Shown: positions 18,102 to 27,459 of the stretch, in pieces
Layout: every line of letters starts with the position of its first letter
Numbering within the stretch: the stretch's first letter is position 1
Origin: an uncultured Eubacteriales bacterium
Lineage (GTDB): Bacteria > Bacillota > Clostridia > Oscillospirales > CAG-272
Assembly: GCA_934447715.1 (NCBI GenBank)
Contig: CAKSER010000005.1
Span: 25,678-89,677 of the forward strand
Length of the DNA stretch: 64,000 bases
Reading direction: 5' to 3'
The notes under the pieces: generated by a model
What the model was told of the DNA's origin: nothing
The model's database searches: none
The model's input: the letters and a program-made list of their open reading frames with translations, nothing else
Made by a program: the position numbers and the translations under genes

Positions 18102-19226
18102 TCACCTTTCTCCCTGTGTCATTTCACGGGGCCACTCTCTCGTCAGATTGTTTTCCTTACAAAATTGTCTTATATCTGCATATAAGGAATCAAGTTTTTT
18201 TAAAAGTTCCTCTGTATTCTCTCCGATAGCTCTCATTGCAACTATTTTTTTCTTGACAGCTCTGATCTTACGTTCTTTGGATCTTTGTATCTGTGTAAGC
18301 TTATATACTCGCGCTGCTTCGTTTTCGTCGTAATGACATGCCATTGGTTCCGATATGCCCGGCACAAACGGAAACATCCTGTGTCTGCAATTTACACCGC
18401 CAAGCCCGAGTATATCGTCGGGATAACCCGTGCAATCACGAAGATTGTCATACTGATCGAAGCCATCTATCTTATAAACCTTTCCTTGCCACCATGCATG
18501 GTTTGCAATGTGATTTGTAGGATGAGTTCTTGCCCCCACATGTGAACTCACCTCCACATATCCGACGCCAAGCTCGTTGGCAAGCGCAAAGCTGTTCCGA
18601 TTTGCAGTCTGATGAACAGCCGTTAAGGCGTCTCTTCTGACCGCCGCCTCTATACTGTATTTGACAACTTTTCCGCCGCGGCGATATGTTGCTGCGGTAA
18701 TTCCGTCGCTTGCCATATCCGACACTGCTCGCTTTATTGCGCTGTTGTAATCATAAAGACCGGAGGATACTTCTATATAGCTTTTATTTATTACGCTCAT
18801 ATACGAGCTTTTCACGCTTTCCTGTGCTTTTGTATTTATGAGTTTAAACACAGCATTCAGCTCTTTATAGCTATCCTCAAGCGTTGATCGAAGCACCGGG
18901 CTTTGTGTTATTTTAGAAGGATCAACAAAAAGGAATCCGGCATTGTATGCGTTCTGCATTTCGGCAAGGTCAACATTCCCAAGCGCTGCCTCCTGCATCA
19001 TTGCGCGAATTTCCTTCTCGGTTTTTTTGCTGTATGAAGCAATCGCCCGGGCTGCATCTGCATTTAGCGCGCCCATTTCGTCAAGCTTTTTTATCTGCCA
19101 TTCAAGACTACCGCCGATTTTGTCGTATGCATCAAATCTTTTTGCAATAGCTTCGATGAGGTCAAGTTCAAGTTGGTTATATATACCGATTATCGGTCTT
19201 GTAAGATCGTCGAGCTCTTTTATCAT
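18102..19226 (-). CDS. minor capsid / head morphogenesis protein (SPP1 gp7-like)
   Basis: 374 aa, directly downstream of the portal gene. Confidence 0.6.
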   Translation of the reverse strand: MIKELDDLTRPIIGIYNQLELDLIEAIAKRFDAYDKIGGSLEWQIKKLDEMGALNADAARAIASYSKKTEKEIRAMMQEAALGNVDLAEMQNAYNAGFLFVDPSKITQSPVLRSTLEDSYKELNAVFKLINTKAQESVKSSYMSVINKSYIEVSSGLYDYNSAIKRAVSDMASDGITAATYRRGGKVVKYSIEAAVRRDALTAVHQTANRNSFALANELGVGYVEVSSHVGARTHPTNHIANHAWWQGKVYKIDGFDQYDNLRDCTGYPDDILGLGGVNCRHRMFPFVPGISEPMACHYDENEAARVYKLTQIQRSKERKIRAVKKKIVAMRAIGENTEELLKKLDSLYADIRQFCKENNLTREWPREMTQGER

Positions 19227-19229
19227 TTT

Positions 19230-20678
19230 TTAAAACATTGATCGCTTGGCAGCTGTACCCTCGTCGCTTCCTTCGGGCTCCGGTTCTTCCTCAACAGGAA
19301 GTGCTCTTTTTAACATGCGATCTCTCCATTCTACGGCCTGATCCTCTGTCATCTTGTAAACGGTCATATAATACTCTATGGAATCTATAAGCCCGGCGTT
19401 ATATTCTAAAAGGGCCTGCCGTTTAATCTCTGCAGTATCCTCAATAATTGAATCGTCGAAATTAACCGTTATATCCGCATCAAGCTTTAATCTTGTGTCT
19501 TTTGCACATGTTGCTTCTATAAAAATCAGCCCTCTTGCCATTGCAATTACTGCATCTTTCAGGAGAGTTTCGTGTTTTCTTAGCGTACGGAACATTTCGC
19601 TGTTTTCACTGATAATCTGTGTTGCCGTCGTCACATTGCCAGTGCCCCACTTAAACCCGTTGCTTCCGAACCCGACCGCCTGCGAGAAAAGATTCAACTG
19701 GCTCTGAAGAGCAACATCGTGCTCTCCGGTTCGCAAAACCGGGTCAACCTCGGTCAGTGGTGGGTCTTTTTCGTCTCCCGGCAATCTATAAAATACCTCG
19801 TCGTTTGGATCAAAAACCTCTATTGTCTCACCGGTTATCTTATCAAAGTTTATGTTACTAACTCCATCCTTTACAAATATGCGCTTCTTGCCGAGGAGAA
19901 AGTCTTTATAATAACTGTCGTAAACGGTATCAATTACCTTAAGAATGTCTATTGCGCCGGAAAAAACACTTGTACCGAAAGGAGAATTAAAACTGTCCCT
20001 GTTTGCTACATTCGGGCGAATCATTTGAAAAAGAGGCTTTTTGCTATGTGTTTCCCATTTGGCAATTATATTGTGTTCCTCGTAGAATTGAGGATCAACC
20101 TCCTCAAGAGCTCCTCCCTCACTCCGAAGCAATGCGTTATCTATTACATACTCGTTTTGGTCATCAAGGAGATGGGTTTCAAGGTATACATATTCCTTGC
20201 CGTCGATGTGCTTTCTTGTGCTGAAAGCTGCCTCGGTAAGTCTGCCGCTGTCGTATGTGATAGGATACATAAATTCCTGCGTAACATACTTTTGCGCGGT
20301 TTTTTCACCGTCCCAATACTGGATAAAAAATCCCCCTCCAAGAGCGAACGATGTTTCTATAAGGTTGTTTCCCCGAACGTAAAAATTTACACTGTGCAGA
20401 AGATCCTGCAGGCGTTCCTCTGTATATACATCATCAACATTGATTTCGACCTTTTCATTTAACAGAAGATCTGCCCATCTCTGTGCCGCTCGCGCTGCCA
20501 TTCCGAGGCTCTTTCTTTCGAGCTCAATTTTTTTCTTGCCCTGATACACCTTGTAATTGTGAAAAGTCTCTACTTTTCCCTTATACCAGGCACGCCATGT
20601 CTCGAGCTTCTGATCGATATCCTCATCTATAACCGCTATCTGTTTGCTTTTCAGATATTCCTTGACCTGTGTGTCCAT
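19230..20678 (-). CDS. portal protein (SPP1 gp6-like)
   Basis: 482 aa, abuts the terminase large subunit stop. Confidence 0.8.
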   Translation of the reverse strand: MDTQVKEYLKSKQIAVIDEDIDQKLETWRAWYKGKVETFHNYKVYQGKKKIELERKSLGMAARAAQRWADLLLNEKVEINVDDVYTEERLQDLLHSVNFYVRGNNLIETSFALGGGFFIQYWDGEKTAQKYVTQEFMYPITYDSGRLTEAAFSTRKHIDGKEYVYLETHLLDDQNEYVIDNALLRSEGGALEEVDPQFYEEHNIIAKWETHSKKPLFQMIRPNVANRDSFNSPFGTSVFSGAIDILKVIDTVYDSYYKDFLLGKKRIFVKDGVSNINFDKITGETIEVFDPNDEVFYRLPGDEKDPPLTEVDPVLRTGEHDVALQSQLNLFSQAVGFGSNGFKWGTGNVTTATQIISENSEMFRTLRKHETLLKDAVIAMARGLIFIEATCAKDTRLKLDADITVNFDDSIIEDTAEIKRQALLEYNAGLIDSIEYYMTVYKMTEDQAVEWRDRMLKRALPVEEEPEPEGSDEGTAAKRSMF

Positions 20679-22013
20679 TTACTCTCCTTTGCGTCTTAAG
20701 TCCATCATGACGTTCATATATGGTTCACTGCTGTATTCCTGCGCGTCCAGACTATCGATATTCGTTGTTCCGTCATCCAGCCTTATATCTTCCTTATCTT
20801 CTTCCCAAACCGCATTCTCAAATGCCTGTATCGTTTCTTTACAGTCGCTTATTATGTAGTATCGCAGCTGATTCTGCATAGACGAATAGAAACGAATGCG
20901 GTCAATTATTTCTCCTTTGCGAGCGTTTTTTATAGTTACCGGTATGTTGTTCAACCTAGCAGCAGTCTGCAGCCCTCGGATCAACACCTGTTCTGCGGAA
21001 TCGCAATATATTTCTGTAAGCTGCGGATATTCTTTTTTGCTGTCCCTCACAAACTCAACAAACATCTCGTCAAGCTTGCTCGGTGTCAGCTCGTCTGTTA
21101 TTCGCTTTTCTTTGAGCGTGATTATCTGGCGGAAGCCTCTTGTAAATCCCGTCAAATTAAATGCCGTGCTTGATTTGTTTCCTCCAAAATCGACGCCCAT
21201 TGTCACTATTGATATTTGGTTTCTAAAAGGATGAACATATCGCCCATTTTCTTCTTTATACCATTCTGATTTCGGAATAATGTTATCATCCGTAAAGGCG
21301 GTATATATTTTTCCTTCTGCCGTTACCCACATTCCGAGAATATTGCGCTGGTAGAATACCCCCGTAAACATCCGCCTGTATCGCTCCTTTACATGTTCCG
21401 AAAGGGTTAGATTGTCATCCATCGTAAAATGTAAATACAAAAGGCGTTTTTCTTCTGCAACGTCTATATATTCTTTTTTGAAGTAATGGCTTGGTCCTTT
21501 TGGATTGCAGTTATACCACACTTTTGCTCCCTCCAAAGAGCATCTTGCCTCCGCCTGCGCGACAAAGCTCTGCGGCATCAATGCCACTTCGTCAAACAAC
21601 ACTCCGCCGAGCGTCATGCCCTGAATGAGGTCTTGGCTGGATTCATCCTTTCCGCCAAAGCAATAGAAATAATTTGTTTTTTTCCCTTTGCTTATGACTA
21701 TAAGGTTGTCTGTCCTTTTTTCTGTATATGTAAGACCCAGCCCCTCAAGTTGTGTCTTAAGCGTGTTAATTACATTTCTGCGCAGAGAGCCTACAGTTTT
21801 GCCGCATATTGCAAAATCGGTTCCGTCAAACGTTTCCATGGCCCAATTAACAAAGCTAATTGCCATCGAGGATGTTTTTCCGCTTCGAACGGCTCCATCT
21901 GCAATAATTCCGTCATAATCTCTGTATGGGCTCGGCTCCGTCCACCATGTCAGGACCTTGAGCTGCTTGCGGCTAAATGGTTGCCACCTGAACCGATTAT
22001 TCCTTTGGTTCAT
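20679..22013 (-). CDS. terminase large subunit (PBSX family-like)
   Basis: Walker A GAVRSGKT and N-terminal FSRKQLKVLTWW layout; 444 aa. Confidence 0.85.
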   Translation of the reverse strand: MNQRNNRFRWQPFSRKQLKVLTWWTEPSPYRDYDGIIADGAVRSGKTSSMAISFVNWAMETFDGTDFAICGKTVGSLRRNVINTLKTQLEGLGLTYTEKRTDNLIVISKGKKTNYFYCFGGKDESSQDLIQGMTLGGVLFDEVALMPQSFVAQAEARCSLEGAKVWYNCNPKGPSHYFKKEYIDVAEEKRLLYLHFTMDDNLTLSEHVKERYRRMFTGVFYQRNILGMWVTAEGKIYTAFTDDNIIPKSEWYKEENGRYVHPFRNQISIVTMGVDFGGNKSSTAFNLTGFTRGFRQIITLKEKRITDELTPSKLDEMFVEFVRDSKKEYPQLTEIYCDSAEQVLIRGLQTAARLNNIPVTIKNARKGEIIDRIRFYSSMQNQLRYYIISDCKETIQAFENAVWEEDKEDIRLDDGTTNIDSLDAQEYSSEPYMNVMMDLRRKGE

Positions 22014-22422
22014 CTTTCCACACTTCCGTTGCCTGCTTATTCAGTGCATCAATGAAGCTGTTTTCCTGTGCGTTTAACGGCTCATCCGGTTCAAAAATTT
22101 CCTCATCGCCTCCGCTGTATCTCATAATCAGTTCTATCAACCGAGGATTCCCGGTTTCAAAATAATCTCGTATCAACTTCATGTACAGCTTTAGCGCTAT
22201 GGACGTATTCTTGTTAATATCCTGCAGACTTTTAATGTCCTCGATATCTCCGGCTTTGTAAGGCAGCTCGAGGAGCTTTTGAAATTCTTCTTTTACCTTT
22301 TGCGAGTACCTTTTTTCTCTAAGTGCGGCCTGTGAGGCTTTTCCACCGGCTGATCTTATTTTAAATTCTTCTTCCGGTGTCAGTTTGCCGCTTCCGAGCG
22401 GATTAAGGTTCTGATCATTCAT
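21997..22422 (-). CDS. terminase small subunit
   Basis: 141 aa, overlaps the terminase large subunit start, basic N-terminus. Confidence 0.55.
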   Translation of the reverse strand: MNDQNLNPLGSGKLTPEEEFKIRSAGGKASQAALREKRYSQKVKEEFQKLLELPYKAGDIEDIKSLQDINKNTSIALKLYMKLIRDYFETGNPRLIELIMRYSGGDEEIFEPDEPLNAQENSFIDALNKQATEVWKDEPKE

Positions 22423-22525
22423 TCGGCTCCTCCTTTCTTTTTCTCTTTGTCGGCTCTATGACTTTTGGGCTTTTACACATACAAAAAGAGGGCGCTCTTG
22501 CGTCCTTCTGCCTTTTCGTGTTTTT

Positions 22526-23347
22526 TTAATCCCTGGCCGGCGAATATGTATACTTAAATCCATATTTGTTTTGGTTCGACGTCAACCACTTTGAAACAGC
22601 GTCGTTATAGTCCTTGCCGGATATTCTTGCTCTGCTCAATGCTTTCATAAACTTGTTTGCATTGAAATTGTTTTCCTTTTCAAATGTATATGTGCCTGCG
22701 TACTTGGCCGTCTTCGGGTTTCTGCCACGTTTTGAGCTAACCGCAACAATTCCACGCTCTTCCGATTGAGCAACGCTTAAAATGTCATCTTTTGAAAATG
22801 TTGGCCATCCGTTTTTGGGGTGGTTATGAATAACCATTTCTCCCTTTGTGCCCCATATACCGACCGATCCTGCTTGTCCATGAATATATCTTGTTGTAAA
22901 TCCCATTGTGTCAATGGTAATTCCGTGTTCTGTATCGCTTGCGGCGTGTTTTTCTATAAATGCGTTTAGCATATCATTATAATCACGCTTGCCTGCTGCA
23001 ATCTTTACATTCATTCTTGCCGGAAGATCTCCGATATCTTTTCCTTCGCCTCTGCCTTTCCTTTCGGGTTTCCATGATTCACTATATGCATCTCCGGTTC
23101 GGCTTCCCTTTGGCATGTCCGCTTTGATTGCCGGGAATTCTACCCATGATTCAATGATACTTCTGATCGTTTTACCATTCACGATGTAATTTAAAACCGG
23201 CTCTGTGTCGTTCCCCTTAAACCATTTAACAGTCTCCCCGGTGAACGAATCGTATATTTCGAGGGGCTTGCGAAAAAGAATTATATCTTTATCCAGATAT
23301 ATAAAATTGACGTGCTTGAACTGCCTTTTAAATTCATTTATTGTCAT
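22526..23347 (-). CDS. hypothetical protein with JAB/MPN (RadC-like) metalloprotease-type motif
   Basis: HNHPKNGWPTFSKDD approximates the JAMM signature HxH-x7/8-S-xx-D. Confidence 0.4.
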   Translation of the reverse strand: MTINEFKRQFKHVNFIYLDKDIILFRKPLEIYDSFTGETVKWFKGNDTEPVLNYIVNGKTIRSIIESWVEFPAIKADMPKGSRTGDAYSESWKPERKGRGEGKDIGDLPARMNVKIAAGKRDYNDMLNAFIEKHAASDTEHGITIDTMGFTTRYIHGQAGSVGIWGTKGEMVIHNHPKNGWPTFSKDDILSVAQSEERGIVAVSSKRGRNPKTAKYAGTYTFEKENNFNANKFMKALSRARISGKDYNDAVSKWLTSNQNKYGFKYTYSPARD

Positions 23348-24371
23348 CTTTCCACCGCTTATCCGTAAACTTGTCTATAACCGTAACATTGCCTTTCATA
23401 AAATCAAATTTCTTTCCGTATACAATAATCTGTACAGGCTTAAGCGTTTTTATCATACCGGCCCATTCTTCCTCCGCCGTCCTATAAATGTCCTCTCTGT
23501 CCTTCCTTATCCACATAGAGCTATATGCCACTATTCCGCCCCTCGGTTCTCCATCGAGATACCATTCAAAGCTTCTCGGATCTGTCGAGCTTCTTATAGT
23601 CGGTATAACAGTCAATCCCTTACTTTGCCAATATGCTCCAACCCAATGTTTTCGATAGTGATTGAACATCTGTGTAATGATAGGCATATCGCCATAGGGC
23701 GAAAAATCCGGAGACATAACCGCCGCAAATTTTGAAAGCTTATCAATATAGGCTCCGGGGTTATTCCAGACCCTTTCAAATTGATAATCATCAACAAAAA
23801 AGTGTACTCCTTTGTTTTTCGGGTTTTTCTCGGACAAAACGTAATTGAACCCAACCCATTCTTCTATTTTTGGAAGCCTTGTTACAGGTTCTATTTCAGG
23901 AATATCATATTTCCCAACGCCTGCAAATTGAGCATATCCGAGATTAAGAATGTTTTCCTTCATTTCCTGCGTTTCTGCCTTATAATCAGGCAGTTCTATT
24001 TCCTTTGGAAGCTCAAATCCAAATTCGGTCATGTCGATGTCAGCAATTTCTTCAAGTTCAAGCTTGAGCATGTCCTTTTTGAAACCCGTATCCATTGTAA
24101 GCTTGTTATGAACAAGTACATATGCCCGTTTTTGCTGATCCGTAAGATGCGATAGACGTATGACGTCTATATACTCTGCGCCTAGTTCTTTCACGGCCTG
24201 TGCACGACCATGCCCCTCAATAATTTCATTGTTCTGATCAATGGCTATAGGATCATTAAATCCAAACGCTTGTATACTCCTCTTAATCTGCTCTATTTGC
24301 TTTTTGGGATGGTCCTTTGCGTTGAGGCGATACGGCTTAACATCCGCGAGTTTGATTCGTTCGATCTGCAC
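23334..24371 (-). CDS. ParB-like N-terminal nuclease domain fused to DUF4417
   Basis: Start set at GTG 24371, preceded by GGGGAGGGAGG-N7. N-terminal KPYRLNAKDHP...GHGR ParB-N motifs; C-terminal GVHFFVDDYQFERVWNNP typical of DUF4417. Confidence 0.65.
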   Translation of the reverse strand: MQIERIKLADVKPYRLNAKDHPKKQIEQIKRSIQAFGFNDPIAIDQNNEIIEGHGRAQAVKELGAEYIDVIRLSHLTDQQKRAYVLVHNKLTMDTGFKKDMLKLELEEIADIDMTEFGFELPKEIELPDYKAETQEMKENILNLGYAQFAGVGKYDIPEIEPVTRLPKIEEWVGFNYVLSEKNPKNKGVHFFVDDYQFERVWNNPGAYIDKLSKFAAVMSPDFSPYGDMPIITQMFNHYRKHWVGAYWQSKGLTVIPTIRSSTDPRSFEWYLDGEPRGGIVAYSSMWIRKDREDIYRTAEEEWAGMIKTLKPVQIIVYGKKFDFMKGNVTVIDKFTDKRWKDDNK

Positions 24372-24505
24372 AATATAACCTCCCTCCCCATTCGCTCGCA
24401 TTTGTCGCATGGGCGACGCACTCTGTTGAGAGTATATTTAATTTTATACCCTGCCGCCATGTAGTTTTCGACACAGCTAATGCACAGAATGCGTTCATCC
24501 TCCAT
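24293..24505 (-). CDS. small zinc-ribbon protein (tentative)
   Basis: CISC...CDKC pairs, with GGGAGAGAG upstream of ATG 24505. It would overlap the ParB-like gene by 79 nt. Confidence 0.4.
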   Translation of the reverse strand: MEDERILCISCVENYMAAGYKIKYTLNRVRRPCDKCERMGREVILCRSNESNSRMLSRIASTQRTIPKSK

Positions 24506-24523
24506 TTCTCTCTCCCACGTCAA

Positions 24524-24545
24524 AAGGGAGACTTTCGCCTCCCTT
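24524..24545 (-). terminator. hairpin between the late-regulator gene and downstream genes
   Basis: AAGGGAG-N8-CTCCCTT, with TTTT after it on the minus strand and a long T-run on the plus strand. Confidence 0.5.
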
Positions 24546-24625
24546 GTTTTTGTTGTTTTTTATAATTTCCTTTAGCGCTCTCCACATTTTACATTATAAA
24601 ACACCTTAACGGGAATTGTGGGAAT

Positions 24626-25030
24626 TTAGCAAAACTTTTTCAAAAATCTTCGGAGCTTTTTTGATACGGTTGTCCGATCATAGTCTTTGTGGCGCGGACT
24701 GACCTCTGCAGCTATGTCATCCCATCCAAACTGATATATGAATCTAAGCTCTGCTATAGTCTTTATTGCCGGGTCGGGTATCGTTTCAATAAATTTACGG
24801 ATTGTGCTCTCGGCATCTATCCGTTTTTCGATCGCCTTGTTGAGCTCCTCCACAAGTTGGATCTTCTTTATCGCGATTCTTTCGGTCGGATTGCCGGGTA
24901 TATTTCCTTTTGGTAATCTTCCGAGTCCTCCGCATCCGATTGCTTCTTCTTGAAGTTCTGCAATTCTTTGTTTTAACCGGGCTATCTGTTTGTCAATATA
25001 AAATATCGAATTAAGCTCCTTTTCCGTCAC
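24626..25030 (-). CDS. phage late-transcription regulator (DUF1492 / sigma-70 region-4-like, ArpU/RinA class)
   Basis: N-terminal FYIDKQIARLKQRIAEL coiled segment, C-terminal HTH-like region, and position upstream of the packaging genes. Confidence 0.5.
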   Translation of the reverse strand: MTEKELNSIFYIDKQIARLKQRIAELQEEAIGCGGLGRLPKGNIPGNPTERIAIKKIQLVEELNKAIEKRIDAESTIRKFIETIPDPAIKTIAELRFIYQFGWDDIAAEVSPRHKDYDRTTVSKKLRRFLKKFC

Positions 25031-25364
25031 TCATTCCGCCGCCTTTCTTTTTTATAAAATTTTGAATCTCCAGTTCCTCGTTCAACCTTTTTCTTACAAA
25101 CGGCATAATAAGAATTATGCTCGAATTTCTATGGAATACCGTTGGTGCATTTACAACGCGTTCGAGCATATAACAAAAAATGTTTTTTGCAGTCTGTCCG
25201 TCAAAGATTTCGCCGCGTTCCTTGTTTGCTTTGAATATGTCTGTCTGCTCGGCGTAATCCGCAATCTCGTTGATTATCTCAATCCCTCGCGGATTTAACT
25301 TAAAATCCGGGCAGCTTTCGAGAATTTCCAACATAAGGTCGGAGAGTTCTGATATATTTTTCAT
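25011..25364 (-). CDS. hypothetical protein
   Basis: 117-aa ORF in the operon; no recognisable motif. Confidence 0.55.
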   Translation of the reverse strand: MKNISELSDLMLEILESCPDFKLNPRGIEIINEIADYAEQTDIFKANKERGEIFDGQTAKNIFCYMLERVVNAPTVFHRNSSIILIMPFVRKRLNEELEIQNFIKKKGGGMSDGKGA

Positions 25365-25377
25365 ATTTGTTGTCCTC

Positions 25378-27030
25378 CTAAACTTTCAGCATCCTGCTTA
25401 CAGCCTCATTACTCCTTTTTTCAATTTCGCAATACTCGGGCAGATTCGCCCTGACAAGCGCCGCAGGCACCTGAGGCGTCACCGCGTTTCCGCACCGTGC
25501 GACCTGCTTTGATTTCACGTATGGGTGTCCATCCGCATCATGATCGATGACATAATCGTGTGGAAATCCCTGCGCGTTGAAAAGTTCGCGCGGTTGAAGC
25601 ATTCGCATTTTTATGTCCGTGATTATGTATTCCTCGCCGTGAATGGTTACCAGCGCGAAGCGATCCTTTGTCGTCACCGTATCAAGCGGTTCATTGACCG
25701 ATTTTGCCGCGCCTGTGGAGAAGTATTTCACAAGGAATGCTTGAACCTCCGCGTGGTGTGCTCCGCTGCAGGAGACGGTTGTCAGCGGCTCGTTGATGGG
25801 CTGACCGTCCATGTTGTTCCGCATCGTCATGATGTGGGCGGTAACGAGGGAGTTGTGGTCTTTGGTTGTGACCGTGTCAAGAGGAGCATCCGCCGCGCTT
25901 CCTGCTCCGTTATATACTCCGCCGTAGTTCTTCATGATATATGCCACCGAGAGGGCGTATCTATTCGAGGTGTCCTGCGTCATGAGCGGCTCTGTCAGTT
26001 CTTGCCCACGCACTTCATCTTTGGCGGTCTCGCTATGGTACTGGATCAACGTCGGCGCGACTACGCCGTATCCGTTCTTTGCCGTAATAGTTCCGAGCGG
26101 CTCGTCCGTACTCTGCCCTCTGAAGCCTTCGCCGGAATGGTTGACTGTCACAATGAACGGTTCTGGATTGTCAATTACGAATTTCTGAATACCTCGCGCG
26201 ATCCTCCGCACCGTGTTTTCTGCCAGCGGCTTTTTGCGCTCGAAGATGCTTTGTGCTGGTATCGACCAGTCGATGCACTCGGCGGTGTGGTACGGCAGTT
26301 TAAGTCCCTGCTTGACTGCTTCGCTGTCTTTTGGGGCGTGTGTGGGTTCTGCCCAGACAATGGGGCGACCGTCGCAACGGGCAATGAGATAGAAGCGTGT
26401 CCTTGTCGTCGGTGCGCCGTAATCGCAGGATTTCAGCGTTCGGTGCTGCACCTTGTATCCCAGCCCCTTTTGCAGTTTCTGTGCCATTTCCGATGTCGGT
26501 TCGATTGAGAGCGCATCGCACATTTCTTTGTACGCAGGATGTGATTCGGGGATGCCGGATGTCAGCGCAAGTATAAACCCGATGAATGTTGCTCCTGCAC
26601 GCTCCTTTATCGGCTTGCGGTCTTCTCCGAGAGGACCCCAGGTATGAATTTCAGGAACATTTTCAAGCATTAAAACTTTCGGCCGCACCGCGTATGCCCA
26701 TTTTATAACGACCCACACAAGGCCCCTTATGTTCTTGTCTACCGGCTTTCCGCCCTTTGCACGTGAGAAGTGTTTGCAATCCGGCGAAAACCATGCTAAT
26801 GTGACCGGATTCCCTGCGCAGGCTTCAACAGGGTCAACTTCCCAAACATTTTCACAATAATGCATTGTCGACGGATGATTTGCTTTGTGCATCGCTATCG
26901 CATCCGGGTCGTGATTGATTGCGATATCCACGCTGCGTCCGATTGCCATTTCAATCCCCGTGCTTGTTCCGCCGCCTCCGGCAAAGTTGTCAACGAACAA
27001 TTCCTTCGTTTTCTCCGCCCCCTTCCGCAT
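25378..27030 (-). CDS. DNA (cytosine-5)-methyltransferase with expanded, repeated target-recognition region
   Basis: Motif I FAGGGG, motif IV SPDCKHFS, motif VI ENV, motif VIII TRTRFYLIA, motif IX QPRELFNAQGFP, motif X GNAV. Five (E/A)PLxT(V/I)(T/S) repeats lie between motifs VIII and IX. Confidence 0.9.
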   Translation of the reverse strand: MRKGAEKTKELFVDNFAGGGGTSTGIEMAIGRSVDIAINHDPDAIAMHKANHPSTMHYCENVWEVDPVEACAGNPVTLAWFSPDCKHFSRAKGGKPVDKNIRGLVWVVIKWAYAVRPKVLMLENVPEIHTWGPLGEDRKPIKERAGATFIGFILALTSGIPESHPAYKEMCDALSIEPTSEMAQKLQKGLGYKVQHRTLKSCDYGAPTTRTRFYLIARCDGRPIVWAEPTHAPKDSEAVKQGLKLPYHTAECIDWSIPAQSIFERKKPLAENTVRRIARGIQKFVIDNPEPFIVTVNHSGEGFRGQSTDEPLGTITAKNGYGVVAPTLIQYHSETAKDEVRGQELTEPLMTQDTSNRYALSVAYIMKNYGGVYNGAGSAADAPLDTVTTKDHNSLVTAHIMTMRNNMDGQPINEPLTTVSCSGAHHAEVQAFLVKYFSTGAAKSVNEPLDTVTTKDRFALVTIHGEEYIITDIKMRMLQPRELFNAQGFPHDYVIDHDADGHPYVKSKQVARCGNAVTPQVPAALVRANLPEYCEIEKRSNEAVSRMLKV

Positions 27031-27325
27031 AGAGCCTCATAAAGTCCCCGATTTCCATTGTGACAAGCCATTCGTGATTGTCCCTGCGATGAAAGACAGC
27101 CGGAAGCTCGTTTGACAGAGCATCATGCTTTGCCTGTGTAATCGCATCGTAAAGATTAAGCTTTTCGACCCTTTTGCACTCGATATGTATTCCGGGAAGC
27201 CCAATAACGTCCGCATCCCCGTTTGCACCGCAGTATTGCTGTCCGCGCCGGCAGCTGTAGCCGTATTCGCCAAGACGCCTTGCAAGCTCGCGCTCGCCTC
27301 TTTTGCCTTTCTCTCTGCTGTTCAT
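26990..27325 (-). CDS. PD-(D/E)xK Holliday-junction-resolvase-like nuclease
   Basis: Start at MNSREKGKRGE after AAAGGAG; D...IECK motif. Confidence 0.6.
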   Translation of the reverse strand: MNSREKGKRGERELARRLGEYGYSCRRGQQYCGANGDADVIGLPGIHIECKRVEKLNLYDAITQAKHDALSNELPAVFHRRDNHEWLVTMEIGDFMRLYAEGGGENEGIVR

Positions 27326-27459
27326 GATGTTTACTCCTTTCTGGTTCGATTGCCTTATAAACGAGATACGGAACACCCCATAACGGTGCCGTTAAAAACA
27401 CAATAATGACAACCCATAAGCTTAATATGTCGTAAAAAATCTTCTAAGTCGTGCATTTT

